From positions 1 through 64,000 of the forward strand of contig CAVTBV010000003.1 of assembly GCA_963733095.1 (NCBI GenBank): DNA of 64,000 bases. The letters run 5' to 3'. This stretch comes from Candidatus Bathyarchaeota archaeon. Its GTDB lineage: Archaea; Thermoproteota; Bathyarchaeia; Bathyarchaeales; Bathycorpusculaceae. The number at the start of each line of letters is the position of its first letter. Position 1 is the stretch's first letter. The translations under genes were made by a program, and so were the position numbers. Positions 59,323 through 64,000 of the stretch are shown piece by piece. The notes below the pieces were generated by a model that saw nothing but the letters and a program-made list of their open reading frames with translations, was not told where the DNA came from and did not search any database.

Positions 59323-59559
59323 ATGAAGATTGGTGTATGCGGAATCGCCTGTGAGAAATGCCCCCGAATGCAAAGCGGCACATGCCCCAACGGAACAGCC
59401 GGCTGCGTGGCAAGAGAAAACAAGTTCTGCAAAATCTGCAACTGCGCCTACACCAAAGGCATCAAACTCTGCTTTGAATGCAAAGAATTCCCATGCGAAA
59501 CCACCAAGGAAGGACCAGTCAGCTACGGTTACTGCCAATACATTTCAGGCAAACCTTAA
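59323..59559 (+). CDS. Cys-rich small protein (DUF3795-like)
   Basis: 12 Cys in 78 aa: CGIACEKC...CKICNC...CFECKEFPC. Confidence 0.8.
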   Translation: MKIGVCGIACEKCPRMQSGTCPNGTAGCVARENKFCKICNCAYTKGIKLCFECKEFPCETTKEGPVSYGYCQYISGKP

Positions 59560-59603
59560 ACGTTAGTTTTAAGTTCACGGCGGCAAATCTATCAATGATT
59601 CCT

Positions 59604-60530
59604 ATGGGTTTCCCTGAGGTTGTCATCGAAGCAAAGGGCTTAACTAAGAAATTCGATGATTTCACCGCCGTTGACCACATCGACTTCAGAGTCTACAAGG
59701 GCGAATGCGTCGGTTTTCTGGGACCCAACGGCGCAGGAAAAACCACTACAGTTCGCATGATGTACTGCTTTTCGCCCCCAACAGATGGAGAGTTGAACGT
59801 TGGCGGCTTTAGTGTGCACACTAAATGCAGAGAAATCAAGGGCATAGTTGGTGTGGCTCCGCAAGAGGACAACTTGGACCCTGATTTTAGCGTAATCAAG
59901 AACCTAACCGTCTACGCTCGATACTTTGATATCCCTAAAGAAGAAGCAGTCAAGCGAGCGGACGAGCAGTTGAAGTTTTTCCAGTTGGAAGAGAAAAGAG
60001 AAGTGCCTATTATGGCGTTGTCAACGGGCATGAAGCGGCGGCTGATTTTTGCTCGAGCGCTTCTAAACCAGCCTCAAATTCTGCTCTTAGACGAGCCCAC
60101 GACTGGGTTGGATCCGCAGGCAAGGCATCTTGTTTGGGATGAGGTGCGGCATCTCAAAAAGAAGCAAGTCACTATCATTTTAACAACTCACTACATGGAT
60201 GAAGCTGAGGTCCTCTGTGACAGAATTCTGATTGTTGACCGCGGAAAAATCATCGAGGAAGGCACACCTGTTGAGCTTGTTAGAAAGCACATTGGCGAAG
60301 ACGTGTTGGAACTCGACTACGACGAAAAATTGTTGGCAACATTAAAAGAGTCCTTTCCAGACGCACGCTTCGAAAGACTCGGCGACCGCATGCAAATCTT
60401 CACCGATAAACCTCACGGCGTCTTCGAAGAATTTCTCAAAGAACACCAACTGCAAAACGTTACCATCCGCAAGGCCAACATCGAAGACGTTTTCCTAAAA
60501 TTAACCGGGCGAGGGTTGAGAGAGGAATGA
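59604..60530 (+). CDS. ABC transporter ATP-binding protein (NodI-like)
   Basis: GPNGAGKTT, PQEDNLD, LSTGMKRR, LLDEPTTGLDPQAR. Confidence 0.93.
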   Translation: MGFPEVVIEAKGLTKKFDDFTAVDHIDFRVYKGECVGFLGPNGAGKTTTVRMMYCFSPPTDGELNVGGFSVHTKCREIKGIVGVAPQEDNLDPDFSVIKNLTVYARYFDIPKEEAVKRADEQLKFFQLEEKREVPIMALSTGMKRRLIFARALLNQPQILLLDEPTTGLDPQARHLVWDEVRHLKKKQVTIILTTHYMDEAEVLCDRILIVDRGKIIEEGTPVELVRKHIGEDVLELDYDEKLLATLKESFPDARFERLGDRMQIFTDKPHGVFEEFLKEHQLQNVTIRKANIEDVFLKLTGRGLREE

Positions 60531-61360
60531 GCGAAGTTAACCTGCGTAAGTCGCCCGCACGCTTCACCATCCCCAAACTGACGTATAGAGTTTGGATGGT
60601 TTGGCGCCGCAACTTTGATGTTTTCACAAAAACTATAAAAGTTAACTTTTTGCCCTCACTTCTTGAACCCATCCTCTACCTGTTAGCTTTTGGGTTCGGA
60701 TTAGGCGGTTTCATTCCCAGTATCGAAGGCCAATCATACATCGCTTTCATTGCGCCTGCGTTGGTGGCGATTTCAGTTATGAATGGGTCCTTCTTTGAAT
60801 GTACCTTTGGCTCGTTTGTGCGTATGTATTTCCAAAAAACATTCGACGCAATCGTGGCAACTCCAGTCAGTGTGGAAGAGGTTGTAGCAGGTGAACTTCT
60901 CTGGGGAGCAACACGGGCAACAATCAACACGACCATTGTGTTAGCGGTAGTTGCGGCTTTCGGATTAATTTCAAGCCCCCTGTTCCTGCTGGTTATTCCG
61001 TTTGCGTTCTTTGGCGGCTTAATGTTTGCTTCTATGGCAATGTGTTTCACTTCGGTGGCGCCAAACATTGACTTCTTCAATTTTCCCTCGTTCCTGTTCC
61101 TGACGCCGATGTTCTTTTTATGCGGGACCTTCTTCCCGTTAACGTCATTGCCCCTTGTAGCTCAAGGAATTGCCACAGCAGTCTTACCTTTAACGCATGT
61201 TGTGAACATTACAAGGGGTCTTGTTACGGGTCATGTAGAAGCAACTCTTGGATTGACTCCTGCCGCGTTGATTTCTGTTAGTTTAGTTTGGATAATCGTT
61301 GTGACGCTCTTCTTTTTTGTAGTCGCCATTAACCTGATGAAAAAACGCCTAACCAGCTAA
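60527..61360 (+). CDS. ABC-2 permease (NodJ-like)
   Basis: EPILYLLAFGFGLG, PMFFLCGTFFP, PLTH. Confidence 0.92.
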   Translation: MSEVNLRKSPARFTIPKLTYRVWMVWRRNFDVFTKTIKVNFLPSLLEPILYLLAFGFGLGGFIPSIEGQSYIAFIAPALVAISVMNGSFFECTFGSFVRMYFQKTFDAIVATPVSVEEVVAGELLWGATRATINTTIVLAVVAAFGLISSPLFLLVIPFAFFGGLMFASMAMCFTSVAPNIDFFNFPSFLFLTPMFFLCGTFFPLTSLPLVAQGIATAVLPLTHVVNITRGLVTGHVEATLGLTPAALISVSLVWIIVVTLFFFVVAINLMKKRLTS

Positions 61361-62280
61361 ACGGAAAGGTCCTTGGCTTCAGCGACGATTAGGTAGTAGG
61401 CGGCTAAGCCTTTCCATCTCCCCCATGACTCGGCGATTTTGCGTGCCTCAGCCGTCTTGATTGGTCGTCCGCCGCAGTAATACCTTGAAATCACACGTCT
61501 TATTCCAAAATCGTCCGCTGGCAAAGCGTCCAACCGCTGCATACCCCGAAGCATCGTAAGCTCAGCCGTCCATATACCGATGCCCCTGATTTCGTCGAGT
61601 TCAGCAATTATTTGTTCAGGGTCCTTTTCACTTTTAATTTTTTCAAGGTCCAATTTGCCCTCTACAATCAACTGTGCTGCTCCATGGATGTATTCCGCTT
61701 TGCGCTGGCTCAATCCAACCTGTTGAACCTCACTTTCGGTGGCGGTAGCAATGTTTTGCGGTGTTGGATACAAAAAGTATGTTGCTCCATCGATGGTTAG
61801 GTTTTCGCCAAATTTTTTTGCCAGACGCTGCTCTATGGTGTGAGCAACTTTGATGCTAATTTGTTGTTCCACAATCGAATCAACCAACGACTCAAACACC
61901 GTTGGCGTGGTTGGGTTTTTTAATCCGTATAGTTGCTGGGCTATTCTATGCATAGTTGGTTCTTTTTCGATGTCTTGGTAGAAGGAGCAAAGGTCAAAAT
62001 CCAAGTTAAAAATAAAATGGACTGCTTCCTTTGCGGTTTGCATATCTTGTTTTGTTAAGGGGGTGTTTGATTTTAGAGTTATTTCTATCCTAGGTTGCTC
62101 CACGGTTCCCTTGGAAGTTAAGCTGATTAAGATAAAGTTGTGGTTAAGCCGAAGCGCTTGATGGAACTCGCCCTTTGCGTAGGTACGGATTTCTGAGTCC
62201 CCGCCTCCAAAGATTTGAGCACACAAATCAAAGTTGAAGGGTGCCAACGTTTGCATTTGAAAGGTTTCAGTGTAGGTCAT
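61357..62280 (-). CDS. alkA: DNA-3-methyladenine glycosylase II (AlkA family)
   Basis: IVEQQIS, YPTP, HhH IRGIGIWTA, PADD. Confidence 0.9.
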   Translation of the reverse strand: MTYTETFQMQTLAPFNFDLCAQIFGGGDSEIRTYAKGEFHQALRLNHNFILISLTSKGTVEQPRIEITLKSNTPLTKQDMQTAKEAVHFIFNLDFDLCSFYQDIEKEPTMHRIAQQLYGLKNPTTPTVFESLVDSIVEQQISIKVAHTIEQRLAKKFGENLTIDGATYFLYPTPQNIATATESEVQQVGLSQRKAEYIHGAAQLIVEGKLDLEKIKSEKDPEQIIAELDEIRGIGIWTAELTMLRGMQRLDALPADDFGIRRVISRYYCGGRPIKTAEARKIAESWGRWKGLAAYYLIVAEAKDLSV

Positions 62281-62372
62281 TCGGTTAATTCCTGAAGATT
62301 GTTTTTACTGTTGTTGGAATATTAAAGATTTTTAACTTTAAAACGCATTGTTAGCCCTTAAGAGTTGAAATC

Positions 62373-63047
62373 ATGCGCATCGTTGTACGAATCGGCGGTT
62401 CAGTCGTTGCAAACCCAATCAACACCGAATTAATGAGCAAATACGCTGACATCATAAAAACAATAAAGCAACAGGGACACGAGGTTGCTGTTGTTGTGGG
62501 TGGGGGTGCGTTGGCAAGGGAATTTATCGGTATAGCCAAGAACTTGGGTTTGGATATGGTTGGGCAGGATGAGATTGCCATTTCCTGTTCACGTCTCTTT
62601 GCGCAGTTGTTCTTAAAAAAACTCGGCGACGTCGCCTGCAGCAAAGTCGCCATAACTCTGGACGATGCTGCACAATGCCTATGCGAAGGCAAGGTTGTTG
62701 TGATGGGCGGTTTGAAGCCAGGAATAACCACAGACACGGTTGCAGCATTGGTTGCAGAGCGGGTTGATGCGGAGTTGCTATTGAAGGGTACGGATCAAGA
62801 TGGTGTCTACGATAAAGACCCGCGCAAACACCCTGACGCGGTGAAGCTTGATCGGTTGTCGATTGAGGATTTAGCGAAAGTTTTCGAGCACAACGAGCAC
62901 AAGGCGGGGATTCACCAGGTTATTGACCCTGAAGCCGTCAAGGTTTTGATGCGCAAACGACTCAAAATAATTGTTGTGAACGGGTTTGTGGCTGAGAATT
63001 TGTTGGCGGCGATTAAGGGTGAGAACGTGGGAACGGTCATAAATTAG
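62373..63047 (+). CDS. pyrH: UMP kinase
   Basis: RIGGSV, VVGGG, PGITTDTVAA, DGVYDKDP. Confidence 0.95.
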   Translation: MRIVVRIGGSVVANPINTELMSKYADIIKTIKQQGHEVAVVVGGGALAREFIGIAKNLGLDMVGQDEIAISCSRLFAQLFLKKLGDVACSKVAITLDDAAQCLCEGKVVVMGGLKPGITTDTVAALVAERVDAELLLKGTDQDGVYDKDPRKHPDAVKLDRLSIEDLAKVFEHNEHKAGIHQVIDPEAVKVLMRKRLKIIVVNGFVAENLLAAIKGENVGTVIN

Positions 63048-63193
63048 TTTTCTTGACGTTGCCATTTTCTCTCTTGGAGATACCTAAACAAATAGCAGAA
63101 AAACTACCTCTTTCTTTTTTGTGATTTAGCATTAATTTATAAGATGGACTATTTCCATGTTAAACCAAATATTCATCAAAGAAGCGAATTAAA

Positions 63194-63886
63194 ATGTCAA
63201 AAACAATTCCAGTCGTTGAAGCAATCAACGTCAAAAAAACTTACATGTTGGGAAAAGTCCCAGTTGAAGCACTAAGAGGAGTTAACCTCAAAGTGGAAAG
63301 AGGCGACTTTGTCTCGATCCTTGGCCCTTCAGGAAGTGGCAAATCCACAATGCTGAACCTGATAGGTGCCCTAGACAAACCAACCTCAGGCACGCTGCTA
63401 ATCGACGGCGTAGACATCAGCAAACAAAATGATAACCAACTTGCAGACTTGAGATTGAAAATCGGGTTTGTTTTCCAATTCTTCAACCTGATTCCACGGT
63501 TAACTGCTCACGACAACGTTGAGCTATCCATGTCCATAGCAAACATGACTAAAGCACAAAGAAAACAACGCGCCATAGAACTCTTAGAAACCGTCGGTTT
63601 AAAAGACCGTGTCAACCACAAACCGGCAGAACTTAGCGGCGGACAACAGCAGCGCGTCGCCATCGCACGTGCACTGGCAAACAACCCAAAGTTCCTTTTG
63701 CTCGATGAACCCACGGGTAACGTGGACTCAAAGACTGCGAGTGAAGTATTAGCTTTAATCGAGAAACTTAACGTGGAAAATAAAGTAAGCATAATCATGG
63801 TGACCCATGACCAGAGACTAGCGCATGAAGCCAAAAAAACTGTACAAATGCTTGATGGTCTAATCTCAAATGAAGTGGTGAACTAA
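63194..63886 (+). CDS. ABC transporter ATP-binding protein (LolD/MacB-like)
   Basis: GPSGSGKST, GFVFQFFNL, LSGGQQQR, DEPTGN. Confidence 0.95.
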   Translation: MSKTIPVVEAINVKKTYMLGKVPVEALRGVNLKVERGDFVSILGPSGSGKSTMLNLIGALDKPTSGTLLIDGVDISKQNDNQLADLRLKIGFVFQFFNLIPRLTAHDNVELSMSIANMTKAQRKQRAIELLETVGLKDRVNHKPAELSGGQQQRVAIARALANNPKFLLLDEPTGNVDSKTASEVLALIEKLNVENKVSIIMVTHDQRLAHEAKKTVQMLDGLISNEVVN

Positions 63887-63888
63887 CA

Positions 63889-64000
63889 ATGAAGACGATT
63901 GATGTTTTTGGTTACTCGTTTAGCGCAATTAAACTTCGCAAGCTCCGTGCAGCGTTAACTACTTTGGGCGTTGTCATAGGCATCGCAGCCATAGTGGCGC
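63889..64000 (+). CDS. MacB/FtsX-like ABC permease (partial, runs off the window)
   Basis: MKTIDVF...RKLRAALTTLGVVIGIAAIV. Confidence 0.85.
   Translation, partial: MKTIDVFGYSFSAIKLRKLRAALTTLGVVIGIAAIVA

Overview
Archaeal chromosomal window. EF-1alpha, a short XPF, an fwdDBAC operon, class III signal peptide pilins and frequent TTG starts point to a TACK archaeon, most plausibly Bathyarchaeia (inference). Core content: ABC transporters, uvrC, a glycosyltransferase/B12-radical SAM cluster, apgM, an RNase HI-glyoxalase fusion, tuf, XPF, tRNA-Pro(CGG), fwdDBAC with fdhD/mobA/mobB, a type IV pilus-like operon with a TrmB regulator, alkA and pyrH. Two accessory regions stand out. (1) At 0.1-5.1 kb, unrelated same-strand genes are separated by three copies of a ~50-bp repeat made of an antisense tRNA 3' end plus a conserved non-tRNA arm, resembling a gene-cassette array. 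Next to it lie a possible structured RNA, a peptidase remnant and nested inverted repeats, one of which recurs inverted 41 kb away. (2) At 30.8-33.0 kb, a decayed tRNA-Pro-integrated element carries a split-integrase-like N-terminal ORF read through the tRNA and a frameshifted AAA+/MCM-like gene. Several genes also appear to start at ATA/ACG/GTA/CTG codons. All product calls come from motif recognition by eye; no database searches were run.
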